In this document: positions 8,411 to 18,171 of the stretch, piece after piece
Position numbering within the stretch: position 1 is the stretch's first letter
Layout: each line of letters starts with the position of its first letter
Source: a virus
Strand: one strand, 5' to 3'
IMG/VR virus record: IMGVR_UViG_3300050154_000050
Coordinates: 1-47,816 of that record
DNA length: 47,816 nucleotides
The notes under the pieces: model-generated
What the model was told of the DNA's origin: nothing
Databases searched by the model: none
What the model saw: the letters and a program-made list of their open reading frames with translations, nothing else
Translations under genes and position numbers: made by a program

Positions 8411-10242
8411 TCTATTACTCCAAAATCTAAACCAACAACATCAAAGTATTTACTGTTTTTTTGCTTCTTAAACATAATCTTTTCTGGTTGTTTTGCTGTG
8501 AATCTCCGATGGTAAGCATCGGTTACGCCAACTAGTATTTCACCAAAAGTGGATAAACAAAACTTGTTCCACTTGCTCAATAGCCAAGCTGAATCACTTT
8601 CTGGATGATACCACTCCATAAGTGTTGATGGTTTATCGGCAATCATGTATTCAACGCGTAATGATTCAGGCTTGCCATCTTTACCGGGCCATCGTGTAAA
8701 ATTCCACATCTGAACATCTGCAAAGCGTACGCGGTATGGGTCTTTTTCCATCTTGAGTGCTTCTTCAATCAGGCGATCGTTAGGGTTTACAAGCTCTCCA
8801 CGGCACTTTGTGCAATATCTCGCTGCAATATCATTCTCATGTCCGCAATCTTCACACACCTTGAATGACCATTTGTGTGAGCATTGCGTGAATCGTCCGC
8901 CGATAATGTGAAAGCCTTGGCATCGTCTACCGTAGTGAGCTGGTAAAAATTTTCCTTCTTCTGCTTCAATGCGTGAGCCTGCTAAATCTACAAAATAACC
9001 TTCTGAGTCAATGTCAAAACCATCAGGATTAAATCGCGCAGCAAACTCGTTATGATTTCCGCAAGTAGGGCAAATAACCGTCATCGGTGAAGATTCACCT
9101 TTGCGTGTTGCTCTGATTTCAGGATTGAATACATCACCATCTGGGCAGTGGCGTTCGATGTTTCCCGCGTAGTCTGAAACTAAGCACTCATTTTTCCCGG
9201 CCTCTACACGCAACCCACGGCCTATTATTTGTTGCAGCAATCGCACAGACTCAGTAGCTCTCATAATAACAACATGGTCAACGTGCGGAGCGTCAAAACC
9301 AATAGTTAGGACAGTCACGTTAACTATATATTTCAATGACTTAGACTTGAATTTATTTATTGCATCTTCACGGTCTTGTTTTGACATGTCACCTGTAACC
9401 ATAACTGACAGTTCAGGAGGTAGTGACTCCATTATCTCTCTAGCATGTTGTCTAGTTGCTGCAAATATCATCACGCCTTGCTTGCTTGCTGAGTTAGTAA
9501 CAACATCAGCGATAATACGCGCCGTCTTTCTTCCTTGGCCAACAAATGCCTTGTCGATTTCTTTATCGTCAAATTTACCGTTACGTCCAATCTTTAATGA
9601 TGCTGTATCGTAGTTCTCAACGGATGGTTGAAAAACTGGCTGAGACAAAAAACCTTCTGCAATCAACATTCTCGCATCAATTGTGTAAATCAACTCCATG
9701 TAATACGGGTCAATCGCCGTTTCTTCTGTTAACGCGCCTTGAATGTAGTGGTGTTGGTAGATGTATCCGCTGCCTAGACGAAATGGTGTCGCAGTCAGAC
9801 CAATAACACGCAATAGTGGATTCTCTACCTTCATGTGCTCGATTATTTTTTTAAGTGTTGGCGTAATGCCGTCCGCCTCATCAACAATAACTGCCGCATA
9901 CTGACCACCAAACTTTGACAAATTATTAACAACTGTAAGTGGTGAGCCAAAAACAACAGCGCTTTTTGTTTCTTTTCTTCCGGCGCTTGCAGAAAACATT
10001 GACGCCGGTTCACCAGTTAATAAATATTTTTCTCTGTTCTGTTGTACCAATTCCTTAGACGGAGCCAAACACAGTATTTTTTTACCGCTCATCTTGTTAA
10101 TTGTATTAGCAAGCATGGCGACGATGATTGATTTACCTGCCCCTGTTGGGGCTTCAATAATGCACGAATCAGAACATTTTTTTATCCATGATATGCAGGC
10201 GTCATGCGCTTCCTGCTGATACCATCTTGGTGATATTTTCAT
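8407..10242 (-). CDS. Superfamily-2 DEAD/DEAH-box DNA helicase with C-terminal zinc ribbons
   Basis: Walker A APTGAGKS, VIVDEAD box, TATP motif III, several CxxC pairs near the C-terminus. Confidence 0.85.
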   Translation of the reverse strand: MKISPRWYQQEAHDACISWIKKCSDSCIIEAPTGAGKSIIVAMLANTINKMSGKKILCLAPSKELVQQNREKYLLTGEPASMFSASAGRKETKSAVVFGSPLTVVNNLSKFGGQYAAVIVDEADGITPTLKKIIEHMKVENPLLRVIGLTATPFRLGSGYIYQHHYIQGALTEETAIDPYYMELIYTIDARMLIAEGFLSQPVFQPSVENYDTASLKIGRNGKFDDKEIDKAFVGQGRKTARIIADVVTNSASKQGVMIFAATRQHAREIMESLPPELSVMVTGDMSKQDREDAINKFKSKSLKYIVNVTVLTIGFDAPHVDHVVIMRATESVRLLQQIIGRGLRVEAGKNECLVSDYAGNIERHCPDGDVFNPEIRATRKGESSPMTVICPTCGNHNEFAARFNPDGFDIDSEGYFVDLAGSRIEAEEGKFLPAHYGRRCQGFHIIGGRFTQCSHKWSFKVCEDCGHENDIAARYCTKCRGELVNPNDRLIEEALKMEKDPYRVRFADVQMWNFTRWPGKDGKPESLRVEYMIADKPSTLMEWYHPESDSAWLLSKWNKFCLSTFGEILVGVTDAYHRRFTAKQPEKIMFKKQKNSKYFDVVGLDFGVIE

Positions 10243-10247
10243 GGTGT

Positions 10248-11066
10248 TTATTCCACTTCCAACATATCAATCGTGGCGTTAAATTTAGCCATCAGCTTAA
10301 TAAATGGATCATCCATCGTCATTTTATTGGCCCACACTTTCTTGAACTCAGCAGACGTTAAAACGGGTTTTTCTTTGTTTGTCATGCGCAGCGTTTTGTT
10401 ATTTGATGAGTAAAATCCATCATACTCAATAACCATGTTTTCTTGGTCTACTGACTCGATAGAATAACCAGTGTTAGTGATAAAACACGGATGAAAGATG
10501 TGCAGATCTTCATTTGTGCAACGCTGGCAAATTGGCGAGCCTTTAGCGGCACAGCTTTCACAATTTATCGCCGGAAGATTATTGCCAATGCACAAATCGT
10601 AATGATCGCAGTAAGCGCAATATTCACCGTCTGTACGCTCTGGTGGCTCATCCATATCCGACAGTGAAGAATAATCATCAAGTGCTAAATAAGCAGCGTT
10701 AGCGTCATACTCAACGACAAGTTTTTTAGTTAGCGTAAATACCAAAGATTTATGCAGTACATTGCCTTGTTTAGACAGTTGTCCTGACAAGTTCATTTTC
10801 GCGCTTATGTGTCCTAATGAAAATTCTTGCTCAGGAAATACAGCAAGCAACATAAACTCGTCATTGTGTTTAACAATGCCATCAATAGCGTAAAATCCAT
10901 TCAGTGAAGCTCCTTCGTGAGCAATCTTGTAATGCTCTTTAATGCGAGACATCATGAAGTTTTTTACATGTGCTGATAATGCGCTTATCTGTTCAAGGCG
11001 TTTTGAATCGTTCAATTTGCGCTCTGTGTAATATCGTGAGCGCATACAAATATCATCAGTTTGCAT
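10248..11066 (-). CDS. Cas4-like PD-(D/E)XK exonuclease with Fe-S cluster cysteines (putative)
   Basis: C7 plus C-x2-C-x5-C (CAYCDHYDLC) matches the Cas4/AddB cluster pattern; sits in the recombination module; extra Cys-rich C-terminal region. Confidence 0.5.
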   Translation of the reverse strand: MQTDDICMRSRYYTERKLNDSKRLEQISALSAHVKNFMMSRIKEHYKIAHEGASLNGFYAIDGIVKHNDEFMLLAVFPEQEFSLGHISAKMNLSGQLSKQGNVLHKSLVFTLTKKLVVEYDANAAYLALDDYSSLSDMDEPPERTDGEYCAYCDHYDLCIGNNLPAINCESCAAKGSPICQRCTNEDLHIFHPCFITNTGYSIESVDQENMVIEYDGFYSSNNKTLRMTNKEKPVLTSAEFKKVWANKMTMDDPFIKLMAKFNATIDMLEVE

Positions 11067-11091
11067 ATTACATCCTATCGGTGAATAGGTT

Positions 11092-11113
11092 TAAAAAGGC
11101 CCCGCAGGGCCTT
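11092..11113 (-). terminator. Internal intrinsic terminator or attenuator in the leftward operon
   Basis: AAGGCCC-tgcg-GGGCCTT hairpin followed by TTTTT on the minus strand. Confidence 0.55.
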
Positions 11114-11117
11114 ATAA

Positions 11118-11696
11118 CTAGAACGCTAAATCTTCTCCTTCCTGCGCTAATGGCGGCTCTTGCTTCTGTGTCGCTGGAGCGCTTGTTTTAGGTTGCACGG
11201 TATTTTTTCCTTGCACTGCGTCAATCCAGTTTCCCTGTTTTTCTCCTTCCTTGCCCCATAATCGTTGGCGAACAAACATGATTTTATTCGCAAGGTTTTG
11301 CATCAAGTCCATATCTGTTGGCTCACGGTCTGCCGCAATGATCTTACCGCCTGCGTTAAAGTCGATGGCCGCAAGCATTTCTTTTGCTTTGTCTGCCGCT
11401 GCTGGTTCACTTGCGTTAACGTAAACCTTTTGGAATGTTACTCGTCCTTTGTATTCGCCTTCGATAACGTCCCAACGAAATTGAATATAGCGCTCACCTA
11501 CATAACGCTTTGTGTCACCATCGAATAACTTATCAACTGTTTTCCACTCTACGCCAGTACATGCCACTTTTGTGATGGTTTTATCAGGCATTGGCGCGAT
11601 GTCGGTTGATGATTCAAAGTTACCAGTCACGGTTGTTTTGTTCAGAGTTTCGCCTGTTGATTTAGTGAAAAAACCCATGTTATTTACCCTCTTCAA
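11118..11696 (-). CDS. SSB-like protein (DUF669-like, putative)
   Basis: 192 aa between the ATPase and the nuclease; acidic C-terminal tail QEGEDLAF as in SSB-type proteins. Confidence 0.45.
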   Translation of the reverse strand: MKRVNNMGFFTKSTGETLNKTTVTGNFESSTDIAPMPDKTITKVACTGVEWKTVDKLFDGDTKRYVGERYIQFRWDVIEGEYKGRVTFQKVYVNASEPAAADKAKEMLAAIDFNAGGKIIAADREPTDMDLMQNLANKIMFVRQRLWGKEGEKQGNWIDAVQGKNTVQPKTSAPATQKQEPPLAQEGEDLAF

Positions 11697-12381
11697 TTAA
11701 TGTTTGTGCAGGTTGTTCTGCTGTTTTATCTTCAATGCCGTAATATTCGCAAATTTGTGCATCAATTACAGATAAGTCATTATCAATAATTTCTGATTTA
11801 AACATACCGATTGGTGATTTTACAGTGTCAGTTCCATCGTTCTGGGTTCTGAAAAAATACCCATCGTCGTTACGAATAGACTTTAAAACTATGGTGAACA
11901 TGCCTTCTAGTACGACTTTTTCATCTAGCATTTTGCCAATCGTTTTCATTTTTGCATTCTGTCCATACTCGTCTGTCTGAGTATGGGTAAGAATGTAAAC
12001 GCGAATGTCATCATCAACATTCAAAACTGACTGCATCACATCCCATGAGTGACGGGCAATCTCAGTGAATTTTTCGTACCCTTTTTCTTGGCTACGCTTC
12101 ATGAACTCGTTAGACATCAGGTATTGAAAGTCATCAATAATAACTATTGATTTTCCATTCTGTTTTGCTCGCTCAATAGCCGCACAAATATTTTTTGTGC
12201 TATCCGTGCAAGCAACAGAACCAGTTTTTGTTGCTCCGTCCCAAGGTTTCCAGTTTTTTGAGCTAAACGGTAAGCGCTTCTTGATAACCTGTATCCATAA
12301 GCACTTTTCTGGGTCTAGGTTTCGGCCGCTGGTTGATTTACCAGTTCCGCTATTACCCATCACTATCACTCCAGTTCCCAT
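11680..12381 (-). CDS. RecA-core AAA ATPase (Sak4-like recombination protein)
   Basis: Walker A GNSGTGKST and Walker B IVIIDDF; size and position typical of Sak4-type proteins. Confidence 0.65.
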   Translation of the reverse strand: MGTGVIVMGNSGTGKSTSGRNLDPEKCLWIQVIKKRLPFSSKNWKPWDGATKTGSVACTDSTKNICAAIERAKQNGKSIVIIDDFQYLMSNEFMKRSQEKGYEKFTEIARHSWDVMQSVLNVDDDIRVYILTHTQTDEYGQNAKMKTIGKMLDEKVVLEGMFTIVLKSIRNDDGYFFRTQNDGTDTVKSPIGMFKSEIIDNDLSVIDAQICEYYGIEDKTAEQPAQTLIEEGK

Positions 12382-12390
12382 ATAATTTCC

Positions 12391-12915
12391 TTACAATTCA
12401 ATATGATACTGTTTACAAATCTCAATCAAATGCATTGCCTGTGTCTCAGCATCATCTGCTGCATTATGATGCACACCAATTCGCTTAAATTCTTCAACTG
12501 GAAACATGTTTTTGATTGTGCGATAACACGCATCATTCCAAAATTTCCAAGGTTGAATTATTTCACATTTACGATATGCGTTAGACAAAATCACGTTATC
12601 GAATGCAGCGCCATTACCCCACATTTTTTGCACATTAAAATCAGTGCAAAACGAGCCAAACATCTGCAAAACTTTGCTTATTGGCAAAGCCTTTTCATTT
12701 TCATAAAAAGCCTTACGAGCAGAATCTGATTGCTTTAACCACCACAGCACGGTTGATGTATCCATTTCCATTCCTGCTTTAAGGCAAGATTGCAAATTAA
12801 CCTGTTGGTAAAACTTTCCGTGAATTCCAGTGTTATCAAACGCAACCGCACCAACTGCAATAATTGCTGAGTTTGCTCCGTTGCCCATCGTTTCAAGGTC
12901 TAGCATTATGTCCAT
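12391..12915 (-). CDS. DnaQ-like 3'-5' exonuclease
   Basis: Exo I MLDLETMG (DxE) and Exo III HHNAADDA (H-x4-D); first gene of the leftward operon. Confidence 0.75.
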   Translation of the reverse strand: MDIMLDLETMGNGANSAIIAVGAVAFDNTGIHGKFYQQVNLQSCLKAGMEMDTSTVLWWLKQSDSARKAFYENEKALPISKVLQMFGSFCTDFNVQKMWGNGAAFDNVILSNAYRKCEIIQPWKFWNDACYRTIKNMFPVEEFKRIGVHHNAADDAETQAMHLIEICKQYHIEL

Positions 12916-12949
12916 CTTGTTACTCCGTTGTTTCGCTTCGATGTGGTAA

Positions 12950-12978
12950 ATACTAAATCAACATATTTTGTGTGTCAA
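12950..12978 (-). promoter_or_regulatory. Candidate PL (sigma70-type): TTGACA-17-TAGTAT
   Basis: Minus strand TTGACA (12978..12973), 17-nt spacer, TAGTAT (12955..12950); upstream of 12915. Confidence 0.5.
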
Positions 12979-12987
12979 CACTTGTTG
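12976..12987. promoter_or_regulatory. Inverted repeat CAACA-ct-TGTTG between the PL and PR -35 boxes (operator candidate)
   Basis: 5-bp arms read directly; the repeat overlaps both -35 elements. Confidence 0.3.
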
Positions 12988-13010
12988 TGTATTATTTTTT
13001 AGCATAGAAT
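12982..13010 (+). promoter_or_regulatory. Candidate PR (sigma70-type): TTGTTG-17-TAGAAT
   Basis: Hexamers at 12982-12987 and 13005-13010 with a 17-nt spacer; 30 nt upstream of the Cro-like gene. Confidence 0.5.
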
Positions 13011-13039
13011 TGCTTCATTGAATACATAAAGGAAGAGAT

Positions 13040-13282
13040 ATGAAGACGCTAACACAGATGATTATTGAGCAAGAGACCTCACAATTAAAGGCTCTTATTG
13101 AGTGGGCTGGAAGTCAAAAGAGCTTGGCTGAAAAGTTAGGCGAATCTACACAAACAGTTAGCAACTGGGTTGCAAGAGGCCGCATTAGCGCAACAGCGGC
13201 ACTGAAAGTAGAAGAATTTACAAATGGAAAGTTCAAGGCGTCAGAAATGCGCCCAGATGTTAAGCAATGGAGAAACAAATAA
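13040..13282 (+). CDS. Cro/YdaS-like HTH transcriptional regulator
   Basis: 80 aa; QKSLAEKLGESTQTVSNWVARGRIS is a classic HTH; first rightward gene, divergent from the leftward operon. Confidence 0.7.
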   Translation: MKTLTQMIIEQETSQLKALIEWAGSQKSLAEKLGESTQTVSNWVARGRISATAALKVEEFTNGKFKASEMRPDVKQWRNK

Positions 13283-15586
13283 ATGGCTAGTTTCATTTAC
13301 GACTACTTAGAAGCTGGGTTCCGCATATTTCCGCTGTGGAAAATTGTTAATGGTGAATGCGTTTGTGGGCAAGATGACTGCAAAATGCCTGGAAAACATC
13401 CGCGCATATCGAATTGGACTAACGTCCCGCACTGGTCAGATGAGCAAATCGAAGTAATGGAATCAACAGGCCAATTAGATACTGGCTTTGGTGTTGTAGT
13501 TGATAACCATCTAGTTATAGATATCGACCCGCGCAATGGTGGTGATGAGTCGTATAAGCGGCTATGCAAAGATACCGGGATCGACTATGAAGCGGAAAGC
13601 GGCTTTGTTGTGTCTACTGGAGGCGGTGGGCTGCATATCTATTTTAATAACATTCCGCCTGCGTCACTCATGGCTCACCATAACGACTATAAAGGCATAG
13701 ATTTCAAGTCTGGCAGCACTTACATGGTAGGCTGTGGAAGCCTTCACAAATCCGGTAATTACTACGAAAAGAAAAAAGGTAATCCATGCGATTTAACGCC
13801 TATTCCACCAGCGTTGCTTGAACTACTGAAAAAGCCAGACCATTACCGTGCTGTGTTTAACGGGGAAAGTCTCGACGTAACCGAGCAAGAAATTTGCGAT
13901 ATGCTTGCGCATGTAAATGCAGATGTTGATTATGATGATTGGATAAAAATAGGGATGGCCGTTCACCATTCTACCAATGGGGATGGTTTTCACCTATGGA
14001 ACGCATGGTCATCAAAAGGTAAAAAGTACAACGGAGGCGATGAGCTCGACAAACACTGGCATTCTTTCGGTAAATCAGCAAACCCTGTCACCATTGGTAC
14101 GCTTTTTCACATGGCGGAAGCTGGTGGGTATAAGCGTTCAATTACATTTTCAGTGTCAGAAGAAGATGCAAAAGAAGTAATAAAATACAACAACAGCGAC
14201 CACCCGTTCAGCATAGATACCATTGACCTACTGCGACCTCCAGGGTTCGTCGGGAAAGTTACCAACTGGATAAACTCGCAATGTCTTTTCCCTCGTGAAC
14301 ATTTAGCGGCGGCTGCGGCAATATCAACCATTGGAAATATTGCAGGGTTACGCTATACAGACGATTTAAGCAGCGTTACAGCCAATCTGTTTGTGTTCGG
14401 TGTAGCTGCATCAGGTACTGGTAAGGAAGCGATTATGACAGCGATGATGGACTTGCACATTGCGGCAGGTATTAGCGCGGCAGTACATGGCGCTATCAAG
14501 TCAGAGCAGGAGATAATCCGTAATCTATTGCGTCACCAAATGGCAGCATACCAGATAGATGAACTAGGTATTGTACTTAAAAAGATTTCCAACGCGGGTA
14601 AGAGCGGTGCAAGTTACCTTGAGGGAGTCATCGGTACGCTTATGTCGGCGTATGGTAAGGCACACGGGTATCTCACTATTAGCGGAGACCTAAAAGAAGA
14701 CATTCGCGCTAACTTAATGAAAGAAATAGCACTGTGCAACGGCAAGATAGATGAGAACGAAGACAGTGACGGATTTTTTGCTGCAAGGTTGTCGCGCTCA
14801 GAAGAAAGCCTTAAAAATTTAGATAAAGGAATTGTAGCGCCATTTTTATCAATGTTTGGTGCAACTACACCAGTGACATTTGACGGCATGGTTAACTATG
14901 AGCAAGCCACAAACGGGTTTATTGGCCGCGCATGGATTGTGCGTGAGCATGAGACAAACCCACGCAAGAAAAAGAAATTCAAGAAAGCGCCGCCTGATAG
15001 TTACATGAATGCCACTTTAAAGCAGCTTTACAATCAGGGTACCTGCAATCCTGATATGCAGGTATGCGTAGAGCATCGCGGCGATAAAATAGAGGTTCGT
15101 ACAGACAAAGAAGCAGAGGACATGCTTGAGCAGGTTTCTGACTGGATTGAAGACTATGCAGAGAAACATAAAGGCGCTACAGGGCTGGAAAGCATTGTAA
15201 AACGCGGTTATGAGCTATGCGCAAAGATAAGCCTGATACTTGCCATTCCATCAGGGCTGCGCACGGCAGAGCACGTACGGTGGGCTTATGCTGCCATGCG
15301 TAAAGATGTTGATACAAAGATAATGCTGGCTCGTTCCAATATGCTAGCTGAATCAGAGCGTAGCGACTCGCTAGTTGATGTTTTGCGAACTCGCATCATT
15401 TCAGCGTGTGGTTATGAAGATGGGGAGCCAATCAGTGTTATATGTCAACGTGCCATGAGCAAGAAATACACCAAGCAGGATGTGCAAGCAATGGTTGTCG
15501 CTATGGTTGATGACGGAAGTCTTGAGTCATACGAGGTAGAGCATGGGAAAACTCACGTGAAGTCGTTGCGGTATGTAGCAGTTTAG
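13283..15586 (+). CDS. Bifunctional prim-pol / D5-P4-type replicative helicase
   Basis: N-terminal prim-pol features (FPLW, acidic IDIDPRNGG); central P-loop GVAASGTGKE; 767 aa. Confidence 0.85.
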   Translation: MASFIYDYLEAGFRIFPLWKIVNGECVCGQDDCKMPGKHPRISNWTNVPHWSDEQIEVMESTGQLDTGFGVVVDNHLVIDIDPRNGGDESYKRLCKDTGIDYEAESGFVVSTGGGGLHIYFNNIPPASLMAHHNDYKGIDFKSGSTYMVGCGSLHKSGNYYEKKKGNPCDLTPIPPALLELLKKPDHYRAVFNGESLDVTEQEICDMLAHVNADVDYDDWIKIGMAVHHSTNGDGFHLWNAWSSKGKKYNGGDELDKHWHSFGKSANPVTIGTLFHMAEAGGYKRSITFSVSEEDAKEVIKYNNSDHPFSIDTIDLLRPPGFVGKVTNWINSQCLFPREHLAAAAAISTIGNIAGLRYTDDLSSVTANLFVFGVAASGTGKEAIMTAMMDLHIAAGISAAVHGAIKSEQEIIRNLLRHQMAAYQIDELGIVLKKISNAGKSGASYLEGVIGTLMSAYGKAHGYLTISGDLKEDIRANLMKEIALCNGKIDENEDSDGFFAARLSRSEESLKNLDKGIVAPFLSMFGATTPVTFDGMVNYEQATNGFIGRAWIVREHETNPRKKKKFKKAPPDSYMNATLKQLYNQGTCNPDMQVCVEHRGDKIEVRTDKEAEDMLEQVSDWIEDYAEKHKGATGLESIVKRGYELCAKISLILAIPSGLRTAEHVRWAYAAMRKDVDTKIMLARSNMLAESERSDSLVDVLRTRIISACGYEDGEPISVICQRAMSKKYTKQDVQAMVVAMVDDGSLESYEVEHGKTHVKSLRYVAV

Positions 15587-15679
15587 ACTAGTATTATTAG
15601 TTATCTGGTGTTGTGCACCATAGCGCTCTTTTTTACACAGTTTTTTGCTTTATTAAATTATTAAGTTTATAGGTTTTAG

Positions 15680-15712
15680 AAACCCCCGAATCGAAAGAAA
15701 CGGGGGTTTTGC
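15680..15712 (+). terminator. Intrinsic terminator after the primase-helicase gene
   Basis: AAACCCCCG-12 nt loop-CGGGGGTTT followed by T. Confidence 0.7.
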
Positions 15713-15868
15713 GTATCTGGGCCTCTATATAATATATAAAGTTAATATTTTAATATTGTTATATAGGGAAGTTTAATCAAGCTTTAACGCCGAACTCGCC
15801 ATACGATAACATTGTTTTTACCACATTGGAATAGCTTAAAAAACTTTATTTTTATGGATTGTTTAACT

Positions 15869-15882
15869 TGTAATAGTTAAAT
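15869..15882 (+). promoter_or_regulatory. 14-bp motif TGTAATAGTTAAAT (perfect copy), pointing into the 15953-19150 small-gene block
   Basis: Read directly. In this copy only, the motif lies within TTTAACT-tgtaat-AGTTAAA (7-bp inverted arms). Confidence 0.6.
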
Positions 15883-15952
15883 TATTGGCGTAGATTTAAT
15901 GGCAGGTGAGGCGCAATGGTGCGATGAATAGTTAGATTAGCGGAGATTGGAA

Positions 15953-16135
15953 ATGACTAGCGAAGAAATGGATGAGTTGTTGTTTAGTTTAGCGTGGTGC
16001 TCATGGAGTGCATACCATAACCAAAACGCAAAATTCTTACTTAAAAAACACTTTCCAGAGATTGATGCAGAAAAGCAAATAAAGCGGTTTGAAAATATCA
16101 TCACTCAAAAACCACAAGAAGGATCACCAAAATGA
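15953..16135 (+). CDS. Hypothetical protein
   Basis: Track ORF 15947..16135 trimmed to ATG 15953, which has GGAG 8 nt upstream. Confidence 0.5.
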   Translation: MTSEEMDELLFSLAWCSWSAYHNQNAKFLLKKHFPEIDAEKQIKRFENIITQKPQEGSPK

Positions 16136-16260
16136 CCTACGAAAACATCATAATCGGCGATTTACTGGATACCTACATGTACGCATGTCGCCCTGACAAC
16201 TTTGAAGGCATCATCTGTGATGCTGACAGCCAAGCAGTAGTCGTTGTTTTCAATAGTTAA
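16132..16260 (+). CDS. Hypothetical 42-aa protein (below the track cutoff)
   Basis: ATGA start/stop overlap with the upstream gene; MTYENIIIGDLLDTYMYACRPDNFEGIICDADSQAVVVVFNS. Confidence 0.4.
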   Translation: MTYENIIIGDLLDTYMYACRPDNFEGIICDADSQAVVVVFNS

Positions 16261-16343
16261 CAGTAATGCAAGCAAACGCACTACCAGCGTGAAGAAATTA
16301 AAACTAAACCGATTCAGCAAGCGTTAAAAATAGGAGTAACACC

Positions 16344-16673
16344 ATGAACTATGCAGAGATGAGTGATTTTGAGATTAATAAGGCTGTTTTCTTAAAATTA
16401 AATATTGACTATGAGGATTTTGATTTAAATCCGTTTCCAGATGATTGCGCATCATTAAGCTATGGAGATGGTGCAAACTGGCATGAATTCGATGCTTGCA
16501 ACAATCCGTCAGACGCTTGGCCGATTATTGCTGAAAACAAAATAAACGTTTATGCGTCAGAGGGCCCAGATTTCATGCCTTGGATGGCTGGATGCAACCA
16601 CTTCATGGTTAGCCATAAAAACCCACTACGCGCAGCAATGATTGTTTTCTTGATGATGAATGAGGATAAATAA
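16344..16673 (+). CDS. NinX-like (DUF2591-like) protein
   Basis: MSDFEINKAVFLKL...NNPSDAWPIIAENKINV resembles the NinX family; GGAG before the ATG. Confidence 0.55.
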   Translation: MNYAEMSDFEINKAVFLKLNIDYEDFDLNPFPDDCASLSYGDGANWHEFDACNNPSDAWPIIAENKINVYASEGPDFMPWMAGCNHFMVSHKNPLRAAMIVFLMMNEDK

Positions 16674-16676
16674 CAA

Positions 16677-17012
16677 GTGGATATCACGAAAGTAATAAAC
16701 AAATACGAAGCGCATTCATTTCACAACTGCCTTAATTTCTACAAAGAACCAGAGGGTGAATGGAGTAAATGCCCAAAATGCGAATTAAAGCCTAAAGTTT
16801 GGCTGTTTGATAATGGGAGATTTACTGCTTGTGGGTGCTGGAATAGTGAATATGACCATTTTAGCGTTAGAGCTGAAAGCATTATGAGTGTATATAAACG
16901 CACAGATGGAAAGAAAATTAATGAGTACGATTCTGATGGATTGAGAAAAAACTGGAATCATTATTGCGAAACGGGCGATATTTTGTTTTCAGCTGAAAAT
17001 GGCTTGTGGTAA
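16677..17012 (+). CDS. Hypothetical Cys-rich protein (GTG start)
   Basis: 111 aa; CPKC ... CGC cysteines suggest zinc binding. Confidence 0.5.
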   Translation: MDITKVINKYEAHSFHNCLNFYKEPEGEWSKCPKCELKPKVWLFDNGRFTACGCWNSEYDHFSVRAESIMSVYKRTDGKKINEYDSDGLRKNWNHYCETGDILFSAENGLW

Positions 17013-17032
17013 TAAAATAGAGGAGTAACACC

Positions 17033-17296
17033 ATGTGCAACACAAACCTAACACGTGAACAACTCGTAAGCATCCTAAGTGATGCGCAGCAATTGGTGCA
17101 GAATGCCCGGTCGGCATTAACACTAGATGTGGCGTATAAAGGAACGAAAGAACCGGCTCTGTTTGGATTTTATGAGGATGAGTGCAAAGCGGTGCATAAG
17201 CGCGTTGATGCGATACTGGAGGCGGCTGGTGTTGAGTTGGTTGGTGATGATGTGGAAGTTTTTCACCGAGTTGAAAAATGCCAGGATAGTTTTTAG
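17033..17296 (+). CDS. Hypothetical protein
   Basis: 87-aa track ORF behind AGAGGAGTAACACC-ATG. Confidence 0.5.
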   Translation: MCNTNLTREQLVSILSDAQQLVQNARSALTLDVAYKGTKEPALFGFYEDECKAVHKRVDAILEAAGVELVGDDVEVFHRVEKCQDSF

Positions 17297-17485
17297 ATGA
17301 TAGCCCCATCACAAAAGCACCGCTTTATCACGAAAAAAGAGGCGGTATACTGGCTTAATGCCAACAACTTCAAGCAAGTTCGCGGAATGAAAGGTTATTA
17401 TTTAAACGATAAATACTCAGCAAATTTGCAACATATGCCAAGCGGTGCGTGGGTTGTGATTGTTGTAATTAGTGATAGAGGGTGA
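17297..17485 (+). CDS. Hypothetical protein
   Basis: 62-aa track ORF abutting the previous stop. Confidence 0.45.
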   Translation: MIAPSQKHRFITKKEAVYWLNANNFKQVRGMKGYYLNDKYSANLQHMPSGAWVVIVVISDRG

Positions 17486-17488
17486 GAT

Positions 17489-17833
17489 ATGAGAGAGATT
17501 AAGTTTAGGTGTTGGAATGCGCACTCAAAGGTGATGCACGATTGGGGCGAGTTGGTTGGTAAAAATAAAATTCATTTATTAGCTAACCAAAAAACATCAT
17601 ATCCTGTTATGCAATTCACAGGGATGCTAGATAAACATGGAATGCCTATATTTGAAGGTGACATCATTCACTGGCATGGGTTCAACCTTGAGGTTAAATT
17701 TATTGTAGATGGCTGGTTTGCTGAAACAGCGGACGAGTCAATAACGGAAGCGGGACAAGAATGGGAATCATCTTGCGCCGTAATCGGAAACATCCACCAA
17801 CACGCACACTTATTGGAGCAAAACAAATGCTAA
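17489..17833 (+). CDS. YopX family protein
   Basis: MREIKFRCWN...MQFTGMLDKHGMPIFEGDII...GNIHQH matches the YopX signature. Confidence 0.7.
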   Translation: MREIKFRCWNAHSKVMHDWGELVGKNKIHLLANQKTSYPVMQFTGMLDKHGMPIFEGDIIHWHGFNLEVKFIVDGWFAETADESITEAGQEWESSCAVIGNIHQHAHLLEQNKC

Positions 17834-18171
17834 AACTAAAACAATCCTGTGGTGAGAAAATTGTGCTTAAAGATGCGCAAACTGGACATCATTTGATGAC
17901 GATTACCACTATGCTGGCAGATGATGAAATGCTAGCAATTTACCGCTCACCGTTAATTTGTCGCGTTGAATATCCGGCTGGAAAAGATGGATTTATTCCT
18001 ACTACCTACATGCCTATTCCTCATGCAGACTGGTTTGATTTTGGAAAAACATCATTCCGCATCACGAACAGAAAGCGAGCGACAGTAACATATCGCTTTA
18101 TGCAGGAAGAAGATGAAGTGCAAGTGCTACGGGCTGATTTGATCCAGCGTAAGGATTATTGCTATGAATAA
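17827..18171 (+). CDS. Hypothetical protein
   Basis: Track ORF 17761..18171 trimmed to ATG 17827, which overlaps the YopX stop. Confidence 0.5.
   Translation: MLKLKQSCGEKIVLKDAQTGHHLMTITTMLADDEMLAIYRSPLICRVEYPAGKDGFIPTTYMPIPHADWFDFGKTSFRITNRKRATVTYRFMQEEDEVQVLRADLIQRKDYCYE

Noticed and set aside
8787-9806. ORFs nested in or opposite the helicase gene (8787..8969, 9347..9613, 9546..9806)
   Set aside because: They are alternative-frame or antisense shadows inside an ORF with complete SF2 helicase motifs.
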